DNA of 64,000 nt, from positions 55,222-119,221 of the forward strand of contig DASQWI010000019.1 of the NCBI GenBank assembly GCA_035640355.1, in the 5' to 3' direction. The stretch is from Actinomycetota bacterium. Lineage in GTDB: Bacteria > Actinomycetota > UBA4738 > HRBIN12. Shown here piece after piece: positions 50,449 through 60,325 of the stretch (the first letter of the stretch is position 1; the number at the start of each line of letters is the position of its first letter). The notes under the pieces are model-generated. The model had not been told where the DNA came from. It made no database searches and saw nothing but the letters and a program-made list of their open reading frames with translations. The position numbers and the translations under genes were made by a program.

Positions 50449-51234
50449 TTAGCGGCGGCCCAGGCGGTTCCGCAGCACGCCGATCCCTTCGCCCTCGACC
50501 TCGACCTCGGCGCCCTGCCAGATCCGGTGTTCGAACCCGGGGATCTCAAACGGCGCCGACGCGAACGCGTCGCCCGGGCTCAATCGTTCTTGGCGTGACG
50601 CGGCGGCGACCTCTCGCAGCAACGACCGCGCCGTACCGTTGAGGTTTCCCTTGAGCCACTCGGTGCCGTCCACCCGAATGGTGACGAACGTGGTCTGCGG
50701 ATCGATCTCGTCCGCCGTCACCACGCTCGGGCCGATGGAGACCGGAACGCCCGCGGGCGTGGCGATCGGGTCTCCGGACGCGCTGAGCGCGAACCAGTCA
50801 GCCACGAGCGTGTAGCCGAATATCGCGTCCGGCACGTTCTCGGGTCGCAGCGCGTCGTCCACCGGCCGGCGCAGGACGGCGGCGATCTTCGGGTGAAACT
50901 CGAGCCAGCCGGCGCCCTCGGGCCACGGGATCTCGTCGTCGGGGCCAAACACGGGGCGATGGCTCTCGGCGGCGTCCGATGAGCGGAGCGTCGACGGAAC
51001 GACGGATGCGAGTAGCCGCGCTTCGTCGACGACGCAGGCCATCACGTCTGCCTCGTCGCGCTCAAGGGCGGCCCGGGCGGCATCGAGCACCGTCCCCCCG
51101 TTTCGCCGGACCAGACGCTCCATCGTGTCGGGGAAGGCGGGGTGTCCGACCAGCTCGGGCAGGTCGACGACCTTCCCCTGGAGAAGCGCTCCCAGTCGCC
51201 GGTGCCCCCTCCGGTCGAAGGTCACGAGCCTCAC
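50449..51234 (-). CDS. fumarylacetoacetate hydrolase (FAH) family protein
   Basis: 261 aa. N-terminus MRLVTFDRRG.RRLGAL..G.VVDL is typical of FAH-family N-terminal domains. The call is by overall resemblance. Confidence 0.75.
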   Translation of the reverse strand: MRLVTFDRRGHRRLGALLQGKVVDLPELVGHPAFPDTMERLVRRNGGTVLDAARAALERDEADVMACVVDEARLLASVVPSTLRSSDAAESHRPVFGPDDEIPWPEGAGWLEFHPKIAAVLRRPVDDALRPENVPDAIFGYTLVADWFALSASGDPIATPAGVPVSIGPSVVTADEIDPQTTFVTIRVDGTEWLKGNLNGTARSLLREVAAASRQERLSPGDAFASAPFEIPGFEHRIWQGAEVEVEGEGIGVLRNRLGRR

Positions 51235-51379
51235 AAAGGGAGGCCGATGGTACGCCCGGCTACCGTGCGATTCCAGGGTATCCGGGGGCTAGTAGGGGGA
51301 ACGTGTGGGGGATTTGGGGCCGTTCGCGCGGGGCGGCTACGATGCAAGTTCAGCATCCGCACTCCGGGAGGGCAATCCG

Positions 51380-52945
51380 ATGGCAGAGCAAGGTTTCCGG
51401 ATCACTTACGCCACGATGTCCGCGGACAACGAGGAGATGCACCGGCAGTACGAAAAGGGCATCGAGATCGCGCGCTCGTGGCTCGGCCAGAAGCACCCTC
51501 TGTACGTGAACGGAGAGGCGCGCGAGGGCTCCGGCTACAAGGAGGCCCGCTCGCCGATCGACGGTACGCTGATCGGCCACTTCGCCCAAGGGACCAGGGA
51601 GGACGTTCGTGACGCCGTCGCGTCCGCCAGCGCGGCGTTTCACGAGTGGGCCAATCGCCCCTGGCAGGACCGCGTGGCGATCATCCGCAAGGCCGCCGAT
51701 CTCATGACGGAGCAGCGGAACGAGCTTTCCGCCCTGATGGCCATGGAGGTCGGCAAGAACCGGCTCGAGGCGCTCGGCGACGTCGAGGAGTCCGCCGACC
51801 TGCTGCGGTGGAACGCCAATGAGATCGAGGACAACGACGGATTCCGCAGACCGATGCAGTCGCTCGGCTCGCCCGGGGAGTACTACGACGTCCTACGGCC
51901 GTACGGCGTGTGGGCGGTCATCAGCCCATTTAACTTCCCGATGGCGCTTGCCGCGGGCCCATCATCGGGCGCGCTCGTCGCCGGCAATACCGTGGTGTTC
52001 AAGCCGGCGCACATGGGCGTGTTCACCGGGCTGAAGTTGTACGAGGTCTACATGGCGGCCGGCGTTCCGAAGGGCGTCTTCCACTACCTGAGCGGCCCGG
52101 GCAGCGTCGTCGGCGACGAGATCGTGAACCACCCCGATGTCGACGGCATCACGTTCACCGGCTCGTACGAGGTCGGCATGGGGATCTACAAGAACTTCGC
52201 GAAGGACTACCCCAAGCCGGTCATCTGCGAGATGGGCGGGAAGAACCCCACGATCGTCACGGAGAAGGCCGATCTCGACAAGGCGACCGACGGCGTGATG
52301 CGTTCGGCGTTCGGCTTCGGTGGACAGAAGTGCTCGGCGAACTCGCGGGTGTACGTACACCGGAGCGTGCACGACGAGTTCGTCAGGATGCTCAAGGAGA
52401 AGTCGGAGAAGATCAAGATCGGCGACCCGCTCGAGAAGGAGAACTGGCTCGGACCGGTGATCGACGACAACGCCGTCGAGACGTTCGAGCGCGCGGCCGA
52501 GGAGGCCAAGAAGAACGGCACGATCGTCACGGGGGGCGAGCGGCTGAGCGACGGCGAGTACGCGAACGGCACCTTCGTTCAGCCGACGATCGCAGAGGTC
52601 CCGCTCGACTCATGGATCTGGAAGGAGGAGCTGTTCGTGCCGTTCGTCACGGTGGCGCCGTACGACGATCTGGACGAGGCGATCAAGCTCGCCAACGACA
52701 CCGAGTACGGCCTGACCGCAGGGTTCTACAGCGAGGATCGTGCCGAGATCGACAAGTGGCTGAGCTCGATCGAGGCGGGCGTCGTCTACGTCAACCGGCG
52801 CGCAGGCGCGACCACCGGCGCGTGGCCGGGGGTCCAGCCGTTCGGCGGCTGGAAGGGCTCCGGAACGAGCGGTAAAGCCGGCGGCGGCCCGTACTACGTT
52901 CAGCAGTACCTGCGCGAGCAGTCCCGGACGGTGATCGAGGAGTGA
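51380..52945 (+). CDS. aldehyde dehydrogenase, L-glutamate-gamma-semialdehyde (P5C) dehydrogenase type
   Basis: ATG at 51380 follows GGGAGG. FNFPMAL, EMGGKNP and GQKCSANSR catalytic motifs. About 520 aa, as in PruA/RocA-type enzymes. Confidence 0.88.
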   Translation: MAEQGFRITYATMSADNEEMHRQYEKGIEIARSWLGQKHPLYVNGEAREGSGYKEARSPIDGTLIGHFAQGTREDVRDAVASASAAFHEWANRPWQDRVAIIRKAADLMTEQRNELSALMAMEVGKNRLEALGDVEESADLLRWNANEIEDNDGFRRPMQSLGSPGEYYDVLRPYGVWAVISPFNFPMALAAGPSSGALVAGNTVVFKPAHMGVFTGLKLYEVYMAAGVPKGVFHYLSGPGSVVGDEIVNHPDVDGITFTGSYEVGMGIYKNFAKDYPKPVICEMGGKNPTIVTEKADLDKATDGVMRSAFGFGGQKCSANSRVYVHRSVHDEFVRMLKEKSEKIKIGDPLEKENWLGPVIDDNAVETFERAAEEAKKNGTIVTGGERLSDGEYANGTFVQPTIAEVPLDSWIWKEELFVPFVTVAPYDDLDEAIKLANDTEYGLTAGFYSEDRAEIDKWLSSIEAGVVYVNRRAGATTGAWPGVQPFGGWKGSGTSGKAGGGPYYVQQYLREQSRTVIEE

Positions 52946-54231
52946 GCAGCGTCACGGAGCTTGCCGATCTGGCGAACGCGCAGGCCCCGCGGCTCGTCAC
53001 CGACGTCCCGGGGCCCCAGGCGCGGGCGACGATCGAACGCGACCGCAAGGTCACCAGCCCTTCACTGCCACGCGTGTACGACTTCGTTCCCAAGCAGGGC
53101 GCCGGCTGCGTGGTCGAGGACGTCGACGGCAACCTGTTCCTCGACGTGAACGCCGGGATCGCGGTCACCTCGACCGGGCATTCGCACCCCCGAGTCGTCG
53201 AGGCGATCACCCGCCAGGCCGCCGAGCTGATCCACTACTCGGCGAGCGACTTCTACCTACCGATCTATTCGGAGCTGTGCGAGCAGCTCGCGCGCATCGC
53301 GCCGTTCTCGGACGCGGCGAAGACGTTCCTGACGAACTCGGGGACGGAGGCCGTCGAGGCGTCGATCAAGCTCGCGCGGTTCGCGACGGGCAGGCAGTAC
53401 GTCGTGGGGATGCTGAACGCGTTTCACGGGCGTTCCTACGGGTCGCTGTCCCTCACCACGAGCAAGGCGAAGTACCGGACTGGGTTCGCGCCGCTGCTCC
53501 CCGGCGTCGTTCACACGCACTTCGGCGACTTCGAGCACCTGGAGTCGGTGGTCTTCAAGCACTTGGTGGCGCCGGAGGAGGTCGCGGCCATCGTGGTGGA
53601 GCCGGTCCTCGGCGAGGGCGGATACGTGTTCCCGCCCGACGGATGGTTCCCTTACCTGCGCGACTTGTGCGACCGCTTCGGCATCGTGCTCGTGGCCGAC
53701 GAGGTGCAAAGCGGGATGGGCCGGACCGGCAAGATGTGGGCGATCGAGCACTTCGGCACCGAGCCCGACATCGTTGCCGCTGGCAAGGGGATCGCCAGCG
53801 GGATGCCGCTCGGGGCGATGATCGCGCGCGAAGGCCTCATGAAGTGGGACGCCGGCGCCCACGGCTCCACCTACGGTGGGAATCCGGTTTCGTGCGCGGC
53901 CGCGCTCGCCACGCTCGAGCTCCTCGAGGATGGTTTGATCGAGAACGCCCGCCAGGTGGGCGGTGTGCTCATCGACGGGCTCCGCGCGATGGCGAGCCGC
54001 CGTGCCGAGATGCGTGACGTTCGCGGCGTCGGCCTGATGATCGGCGTGCAGTTCAGCGATCACGAGCACATGGTCGCGGTCGAGGACGCCGCGTTCCGGC
54101 GCGGGCTGCTCGTGCTCGGCGCCGGCGAGGACGTTGTCCGTCTATCGCCTCCGCTCGTGCTCAAGCGCGATCAGGCCGAGACGGCGCTCGAGGTGTTCGA
54201 GGAAGCCGTCGCGGAGGTGGCGAAAGCCTAG
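52942..54231 (+). CDS. class-III aminotransferase (GabT / ornithine-aminotransferase-like)
   Basis: GTG overlaps the upstream stop. ADEVQSGMGRTGKMWA and the PLP-lysine context AAGKGIASGMPLG. Confidence 0.9.
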   Translation: MSSVTELADLANAQAPRLVTDVPGPQARATIERDRKVTSPSLPRVYDFVPKQGAGCVVEDVDGNLFLDVNAGIAVTSTGHSHPRVVEAITRQAAELIHYSASDFYLPIYSELCEQLARIAPFSDAAKTFLTNSGTEAVEASIKLARFATGRQYVVGMLNAFHGRSYGSLSLTTSKAKYRTGFAPLLPGVVHTHFGDFEHLESVVFKHLVAPEEVAAIVVEPVLGEGGYVFPPDGWFPYLRDLCDRFGIVLVADEVQSGMGRTGKMWAIEHFGTEPDIVAAGKGIASGMPLGAMIAREGLMKWDAGAHGSTYGGNPVSCAAALATLELLEDGLIENARQVGGVLIDGLRAMASRRAEMRDVRGVGLMIGVQFSDHEHMVAVEDAAFRRGLLVLGAGEDVVRLSPPLVLKRDQAETALEVFEEAVAEVAKA

Positions 54232-54256
54232 GCGGGACGACGGCCAGGACGTACGC

Positions 54257-55171
54257 ATGAGCAAGGTCGCGACGATGCGTGACGCCGTCGCGGAAATCGT
54301 CCGCGACGGCGACACCGTCGCGATCGAGGGATTCACTCACCTCATCTGTTTCGCGGCCGGGCACGAGATCATCCGCCAGCGGAAACGCGACCTGACGCTC
54401 GCGAGGATGACGCCCGATGTGATCTACGATCAGATGATCGGCGCGGGCGTCGCGCGCAAGCTCATCTTCTCGTGGCTGGGGAACCCGGGTGTCGGCTCGC
54501 TCCACGCCGTCCGCCGCCGGATCGAGCAAGCCGACCCGGAGCCGCTCGAGATCGAGGAATACTCGCACTTCGGCATGGTGTGCCGATACGTCGCCGGCGC
54601 GTCGAACCTTCCGTTCTTCCCGATCCGCTCGTATTACGAGAGCGACATCCCGCGAGTTACTCCCAACATCAAGCCGATGCGATCGCCCTTCGACGACGGA
54701 ACCGAGGTGTACGTCGTGCCGCCGTTGAAGCCAGACGTGACGATCGTGCACGCGCAGCGCGCCACGGCGGCCGGCGACACCCAGATCTGGGGACTTCTCG
54801 GCTGTCAGAAGGAGGCCGCGTTCGCCGCCGAGCGCGTGATCGTCGTGTGCGAGGAGGTCGTCGACGACGCCGTCGTCCGTCGGGATCCGAATCGAACGAT
54901 CATCCCCGGCATCGTGGTGGACGCCGTCGTCGAGCAGCCGCTCGCCTGCCACCCGAGCTACGCCCAGGGCTACTACGACCGAGACAACGCCTTCTACCTG
55001 GAATGGGAGAGGATCTCCAAGGATCCGGAGTCGCTCGACGGCTGGCTGAAGGAGTGGGTGTACGGCCTCGAGACGCACGCCGAGTACGTCGAGAAGCTGG
55101 GCGACCGACGGGATTCCCTCAAGCCGGGAACCGCGATGTCCGGTGAGGTGGACTACGGAGACTACTCGTGA
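54257..55171 (+). CDS. CoA-transferase subunit A (glutaconate/3-oxoacid family)
   Basis: MSKVATMRDAVAEIVRDGDTVAIEGF is the typical subunit-A N-terminus. 304 aa. Confidence 0.85.
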   Translation: MSKVATMRDAVAEIVRDGDTVAIEGFTHLICFAAGHEIIRQRKRDLTLARMTPDVIYDQMIGAGVARKLIFSWLGNPGVGSLHAVRRRIEQADPEPLEIEEYSHFGMVCRYVAGASNLPFFPIRSYYESDIPRVTPNIKPMRSPFDDGTEVYVVPPLKPDVTIVHAQRATAAGDTQIWGLLGCQKEAAFAAERVIVVCEEVVDDAVVRRDPNRTIIPGIVVDAVVEQPLACHPSYAQGYYDRDNAFYLEWERISKDPESLDGWLKEWVYGLETHAEYVEKLGDRRDSLKPGTAMSGEVDYGDYS

Positions 55172-55950
55172 GCACTGCTTCGCTATCGAACGGCCACACG
55201 AAGAACGAGATGATGATCGTCGCCAGCGCTCGAGCGCTGGCCGGCGAACGGAACTGTTTCGTCGGCGTCGGCCTGCCGAACATCGTCTGCAACCTCGCGC
55301 AGCGAACGGTCGCCCCCGAGCTTCAGCTCGTCTACGAGGCTGGCGTGTTCGGCGCCAGGCCGGCCCGGTTGCCGCTGTCGATCGGTGATCCGACGCTCGT
55401 GTCGGGCTCCACCGCGGTGACCTCCATGTTCGAGCTGTTCGCGTTCTATCTGCAGGCCGGGCTGATCGACGCGGCGTTCCTGGGCGGCGCTCAGATCGAT
55501 CGGTTCGGGAACCTCAACACCACCGTGATCGGCGAGTACGGCAACCCGAAGGTCCGATTGCCCGGCTCGGGCGGCGCCTGCGAGATCGCCATCCACGCCA
55601 GGAAGATCCTGGTCATCATGCGGCAGGCCCGCCGCTCGTTCGTCGAACGCCTCGACTTCCGAACGTCACCCGGTCACTCCGGTGACCCGGCGAACGATCG
55701 CGCGCGAGGCTGGTTCGGCAGCGGTCCGACGACCGTCGTGACCGACCTCGGCACCTACGGGTTCGACGAGCAGACCGGTGAGATGACGCTGCTCACCGTT
55801 CATCCGGGCGTGACCCTCGACGAGGTGGAGGAGAACACCGGCTGGAAGCCCCGCGTCTCGGAGTCGATCGGAGAGACGCCTCAGCCGACGGACGAGGAGC
55901 TGCGTCTCATCCGCACAGAGCTCGATCCCGAAGGCGTGTACACGTCGTGA
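55168..55950 (+). CDS. CoA-transferase subunit B
   Basis: The start overlaps the subunit A stop. ..LVYEAGVFG.. (candidate catalytic Glu) and ..GGAQIDRFGNLN.. motifs. Confidence 0.85.
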   Translation: MSTASLSNGHTKNEMMIVASARALAGERNCFVGVGLPNIVCNLAQRTVAPELQLVYEAGVFGARPARLPLSIGDPTLVSGSTAVTSMFELFAFYLQAGLIDAAFLGGAQIDRFGNLNTTVIGEYGNPKVRLPGSGGACEIAIHARKILVIMRQARRSFVERLDFRTSPGHSGDPANDRARGWFGSGPTTVVTDLGTYGFDEQTGEMTLLTVHPGVTLDEVEENTGWKPRVSESIGETPQPTDEELRLIRTELDPEGVYTS

Positions 55951-57263
55951 GCCACGTGTTCCCGCGCGTGCTGACGCGCGATCTGCCGCGTGCGGTGCGC
56001 GCCGAAGGCGTGTGGATCGAGGATGCCGACGGACGCCGCTACCTCGACGCGGCGGGCGGTGCCATCGTCGTGAGCGTCGGACACGGTGACGCCTCGCTCG
56101 TCGACGCCATGACCGAGCAAGCATCGCGAACCCAGTACGTCCACGGGACGGCGTTCACGACCGACGCTCTCGAGGACTACGCCGACGACGTCGCGTCGGT
56201 GTTGCCGCTCGACGACGCGCGTATCTACCCGGTCAGCGGCGGAAGCGAGGCGGTCGAGACGGCGCTCAAGCTCGCACGTTCGTACCACCTGGCACGCGGC
56301 GAGGACGAGCGGAAAGCGGTGATCGGTCGGCGTTCCTCGTACCACGGCAACACGATCGGAACGCTCGACGTCGGCGGCAAGCAGATCCTCCGCGCGCCGT
56401 ACGCGCCGTGGCTGGGGCGGTTCCGGCATGTCGATCCCGTGTATGAGTACCGCTGCGCGAATCCCGACCACCCGACCGGGTGCGGCTCGTGGCACGCCGA
56501 GCAACTCGATCGGACGATCAACGAGATCGGGACGTCCAACGTCGCCGCGTTCATCGCGGAACCCGTGGCGGGCGCGACGCTCGCCGCCGCCGTTCCCACG
56601 GACGACTATTGGCCCGCCGTCGTCGAGGTGTGCCGCCGGCACGGCGTCCTGGTCATCGCCGACGAGGTGATGACCGGATTCGGTCGGACCGGCCGATGGT
56701 TCGGGGTCGACCACTGGGACGTTCGGCCGGACATCGTCGTCGCCGGCAAGGGCTCGACGAGCGGGTACTGGCCGTTCGGCTTCGCCGCGTGCACCGGAGA
56801 CGTGTTCGAGGTCGTTCGCCGGAACGGCTTCATCCACGGGTTCACCTGGTCCCACAACGGAACCGGCGCGGCCGTGGCGCACGCAACGCTCCGCCGACTC
56901 CGGGACGACGGGCTGATCGAGGCGAGCGCGCGTCAGGGCGAACGGCTGCTCAAGGAGCTCACCTCGGCGCTCGACGACGAGGCGACCGTGGGAGACGTTC
57001 GGGGCGTCGGCCTGATGATCGGGATCGAGCTCGTCGCGGATCGCTCGTCCAGGGCGCCGTACCCGCGCTCACGCCAGACGACCGAACGCGTCCTCGTCGC
57101 GGCGAGGGAACGCGGGCTGCTGCTCTACTCGAGCGTTGGACACGTCGACGGTGACGGCGATCTGCTGATGCTCGGACCTCCGTTCACGATCACCGACGAG
57201 GAGAGCGGCCGCATCGTCGAGCACACCGCCGACGCAATCGCCGCCGTCGCCACGTCGGGGTGA
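55947..57263 (+). CDS. class-III (omega-) aminotransferase
   Basis: The start overlaps the upstream stop. ADEVMTGFGRTGRWF and AGKGSTSGYWP (PLP lysine). Confidence 0.9.
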   Translation: MSHVFPRVLTRDLPRAVRAEGVWIEDADGRRYLDAAGGAIVVSVGHGDASLVDAMTEQASRTQYVHGTAFTTDALEDYADDVASVLPLDDARIYPVSGGSEAVETALKLARSYHLARGEDERKAVIGRRSSYHGNTIGTLDVGGKQILRAPYAPWLGRFRHVDPVYEYRCANPDHPTGCGSWHAEQLDRTINEIGTSNVAAFIAEPVAGATLAAAVPTDDYWPAVVEVCRRHGVLVIADEVMTGFGRTGRWFGVDHWDVRPDIVVAGKGSTSGYWPFGFAACTGDVFEVVRRNGFIHGFTWSHNGTGAAVAHATLRRLRDDGLIEASARQGERLLKELTSALDDEATVGDVRGVGLMIGIELVADRSSRAPYPRSRQTTERVLVAARERGLLLYSSVGHVDGDGDLLMLGPPFTITDEESGRIVEHTADAIAAVATSG

Positions 57264-58408
57264 GCGGCCGAGCGGGCCTCGTCGTCTGTCCCGAAGCCCG
57301 GATCTACGACCACGGTCCGGCTCATCCCCTCCGACCGCAGCGAGTGCTCTACACGTGGAGGCTCATCGAGGCGTGCGGCCTGCTCGCGCGCCCCGACGTC
57401 GTGAGCCTCGGGTGTCGCTCGGCGGACGACGCGGAGCTCGAACTCGTTCACACCGCCGAGTTCGTCGACGCGACGCGCCGAGCGGGGCACGACGAGGACG
57501 GCGACTGGCAACAGTTCGGCTACGGGCCGGGCGACAACCCGATCTTCCCGCAGATGCACGAGGCCGGTGCGCTCGTCGCGGGTGCGTCCATCGTCGCGGC
57601 GAGCGCGACCTTCGACGGCACCGTCGCTCACGCGTTCAACGCGGCAGGCGGCCTCCACCACGCGATGGCCTCGCGAGCCTCCGGGTTCTGCGTGTACGAC
57701 GATCCCGCCGTTGCCATCGCGTGGCTCCTGCGCGAAGGCGTTGAACGCGTTGCCTACGTCGACGTCGACGTGCATCACGGCGACGGCCCGCAGGCGATCT
57801 TCTACGACGATCCTCGCGTCCTCACCATCTCGCTGCACGAGTCCGGCGCGTACTTGTTCCCCGGCACCGGCTTCGAGGACGAGCGAGGAGCCGGCGATGC
57901 CGTCGGGACGAAGGTGAACGTCCCGCTTCCACCCGGCGCAACGAACGAGGCGTGGCTCTCTGCGTTCCGGGTCATCGTGCCTCCAATCGTGCACGCGTTC
58001 GAGCCGTCGATGCTCGTGACCCAGCTCGGCTGCGATACGCACGCCGGCGACCCGCTCGCGCACTTGCGGTTGACGACGCGTGCGTACCGCGATACCGCCG
58101 CCGAGCTGCACGCGCTGGCGCACGAGGTGACGGGAGGACGGTGGCTCGCGACCGGCGGCGGCGGCTACCTGTGGGCCGACGTCGTTCCTCGCGCCTGGAC
58201 GATCTACTTCGCCGAGATGTGTGGCGCCACGCTCCAGGACGCCCTGCCCGAGTCCTGGATCGAGACGGTGGAGCGCGAGGTCGGCCGCGAGATCCCGGTG
58301 ACGTTCACCGACCCCACGATCGAAGGCGATCGCCTGGATCCGGAGACGGAGCGGGCGATCGAGCGCGTCCGACGCCTGGCGTTCCCCGCGTTCGGGCTCG
58401 CGCCGTAG
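57260..58408 (+). CDS. histone-deacetylase-family amidohydrolase (AcuC / acetylpolyamine amidohydrolase-like)
   Basis: The start overlaps the upstream stop. GGLHHAM...ASGFCVYDD and DVDVHHGDG motifs. Confidence 0.9.
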   Translation: MSGRAGLVVCPEARIYDHGPAHPLRPQRVLYTWRLIEACGLLARPDVVSLGCRSADDAELELVHTAEFVDATRRAGHDEDGDWQQFGYGPGDNPIFPQMHEAGALVAGASIVAASATFDGTVAHAFNAAGGLHHAMASRASGFCVYDDPAVAIAWLLREGVERVAYVDVDVHHGDGPQAIFYDDPRVLTISLHESGAYLFPGTGFEDERGAGDAVGTKVNVPLPPGATNEAWLSAFRVIVPPIVHAFEPSMLVTQLGCDTHAGDPLAHLRLTTRAYRDTAAELHALAHEVTGGRWLATGGGGYLWADVVPRAWTIYFAEMCGATLQDALPESWIETVEREVGREIPVTFTDPTIEGDRLDPETERAIERVRRLAFPAFGLAP

Positions 58409-58418
58409 TAACCCCGCT

Positions 58419-59192
58419 TCATCGACGGAACCGCCGAACGGCCACGCCCACGCCCCACCGATACAGCGGCGGCGTCAGCACGCGGAACGCCTGCAGCGCC
58501 GACGGCCACCTGGGAACGGAGATCTCCGGCGCAATGTCCTTCCGGACGACGTCGACGATCACACGCGCCACACGGTCGGCATCGACGAGCAACCATCGCG
58601 GCGTCTGACGTTGCGGGAATCCCTCGGTCTTCGAAAGCCAGGGGTTCACCGTCGTGACCAGGACCCCGCTCGGCGCGAGCTCGTAATGGAGCGCCTCGCT
58701 GAAGGCGACGACCGCGTGCTTGGTCGCGCCGTATACGGCCAGGCCCGGCGTTGCGATCCGGCCCGCGATCGAGGCGACGTTCACCACGTGCCCCCGTCCT
58801 TGTTCCAGCATCGTGGGCAGGAACGTTTTCGTCGTCAGCACGACGCCGAGGACGTTCGTCCGGATGAGCCGTTCGAGGAACTCCGCATCCTGGTGGTCGA
58901 ACCGCCCCGTGCCGGCGATCCCGGCGTTGTTCACGAGCACGTCGCACCGGCCGAAGGCGTCCAGGACGCGATCACGCAACGAATCGATATCGGTTCGCTC
59001 GGTGACGTCGCACCGGACTGCGATAACGGTGGCCCCCGCTCGCTCGAGTCGCTCCGCGAGCTCGACAAGACGGTCCTCGCGCCGTGCGGCGACCGTCACC
59101 CGAGCGCCGGCGCGAGCGAACCGTGTCGCCGCGAGCACGCCGTACCCCGACGACGCTCCGGTGATGACGACTACGGCGTCGCGAAGCTCCAT
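58419..59192 (-). CDS. SDR-family oxidoreductase
   Basis: VVVITGASSGYG (TGxxxGxG), NNAG and YGATKHAV (YxxxK). Confidence 0.9.
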   Translation of the reverse strand: MELRDAVVVITGASSGYGVLAATRFARAGARVTVAARREDRLVELAERLERAGATVIAVRCDVTERTDIDSLRDRVLDAFGRCDVLVNNAGIAGTGRFDHQDAEFLERLIRTNVLGVVLTTKTFLPTMLEQGRGHVVNVASIAGRIATPGLAVYGATKHAVVAFSEALHYELAPSGVLVTTVNPWLSKTEGFPQRQTPRWLLVDADRVARVIVDVVRKDIAPEISVPRWPSALQAFRVLTPPLYRWGVGVAVRRFRR

Positions 59193-59234
59193 CGCCCCGG
59201 AAGCGTACGTTCACTTCCGTACCATGGATGTGAG

Positions 59235-60062
59235 ATGGACGTCATCGAACGACACGCCGCGCGTCTGCCGCGGATCGACGACCGCTGGACGACGCGCGAC
59301 GTCGACCATGACGAGCTCGTCGCCGGGTTGCTCGACGGCCGCATCGCGGGCGAGGAGATCAGTCATCCGCTCGACAATGTGCTCGGCAACATCCATCTCT
59401 TGATCGCCGGCGACCCCGACAAGCAGTTCGGCATGTCGGGCCTGGGGACGTTCTCGGAGTCCGAGGTGCTCGAGCTCGTGGCGACCGCGGCGGGGTTCGA
59501 ACCGGAAAAGGGCGTTCGCAGCGGTCCCGTTCCCGTTGATCCGGTACGCGTTCTCGCCGCCTGCGAGGAGGTCGGCGACCGCCTCGCGCTCGCCGCCGAA
59601 CGCCGCGAGCGGATGGTGCTGGCGACTGGGCATCCGGTCGGCCTCGCGCACCTCTACATGGCGATCGGCGGCGAGATGCGCTCCCGCGGTGTGGACGTGC
59701 TCCGTCCCGCCGACGGCCGTCTATGGCACGACCCCGACCGCGACCATCCGTGGCAGATCCGCTACCTCGACGGGGTCGCCGTGCTCACCGATCAGGCGAG
59801 CGCGCGGCACACGCACTCGCCCGACGCGATGAACCGCATCCTCGACGCCGAGATGCCGGACCTGGTCTTCGCGGACCATGGCCTCGCCGGCGCGGCGATC
59901 GAACGGGGCGTGGACACCCTCGCCATCGCCGACGTGAACGATCCGGCGCTCGTCGTGGCGCGGGCGCAGGGACGATGCGGGCCGGTGATCGTCATGGACG
60001 ACAACGTCAGCCCCGAGTCGTACTGGCCCTGCTTCCAAGCAATCGTCTCCGGTCTGCCCTGA
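59235..60062 (+). CDS. conserved actinobacterial protein (family often annotated 'phosphatase')
   Basis: ATG at 59235, 275 aa. ..ATGHP.GL......I......G......P.......H.H and ..DLV.ADHG.AG.A resemble a family I recall only by its generic annotation. The function is not established by me. Confidence 0.55.
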   Translation: MDVIERHAARLPRIDDRWTTRDVDHDELVAGLLDGRIAGEEISHPLDNVLGNIHLLIAGDPDKQFGMSGLGTFSESEVLELVATAAGFEPEKGVRSGPVPVDPVRVLAACEEVGDRLALAAERRERMVLATGHPVGLAHLYMAIGGEMRSRGVDVLRPADGRLWHDPDRDHPWQIRYLDGVAVLTDQASARHTHSPDAMNRILDAEMPDLVFADHGLAGAAIERGVDTLAIADVNDPALVVARAQGRCGPVIVMDDNVSPESYWPCFQAIVSGLP

Positions 60063-60198
60063 CACTCGGGCGCGGCGGCCCGCTCAGTAGGATGTCCGAA
60101 CCTTGAAGCGATCCGACCCAGAGGCGCGGCTCGAACGCGTGAACGTCATGACCGGACCGATGGACCACAAGACAACCTCATGCCAGCCCGCACCGGCC

Positions 60199-60240
60199 GG
60201 GGGGCAGCACAGCGAGCGAAGCGAGCGTTGTGCGAACCCC
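60199..60240 (+). repeat. palindromic intergenic repeat, copy D
   Basis: GGGGGGCAGCACAGCGAGCGAAGCGAGCGTTGTGCGAACCCC. Confidence 0.9.
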
Positions 60241-60325
60241 TGACCCGAGTTGGGAGCTGACGGCGTAGGCACACGGCAGGCACGCGTGCGAACGGGCCTC
60301 CGGGACCGACAACCCGGAGGCGGAC

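Noticed and set aside
60148-60243. A 31-codon ORF (MTGPMDHKTTSCQPAPAGGQHSERSERCANP) reading through repeat copy D.
   Set aside because: Half of it is simply the translated repeat. It has no SD sequence, and the other repeat copies are not in equivalent ORFs.
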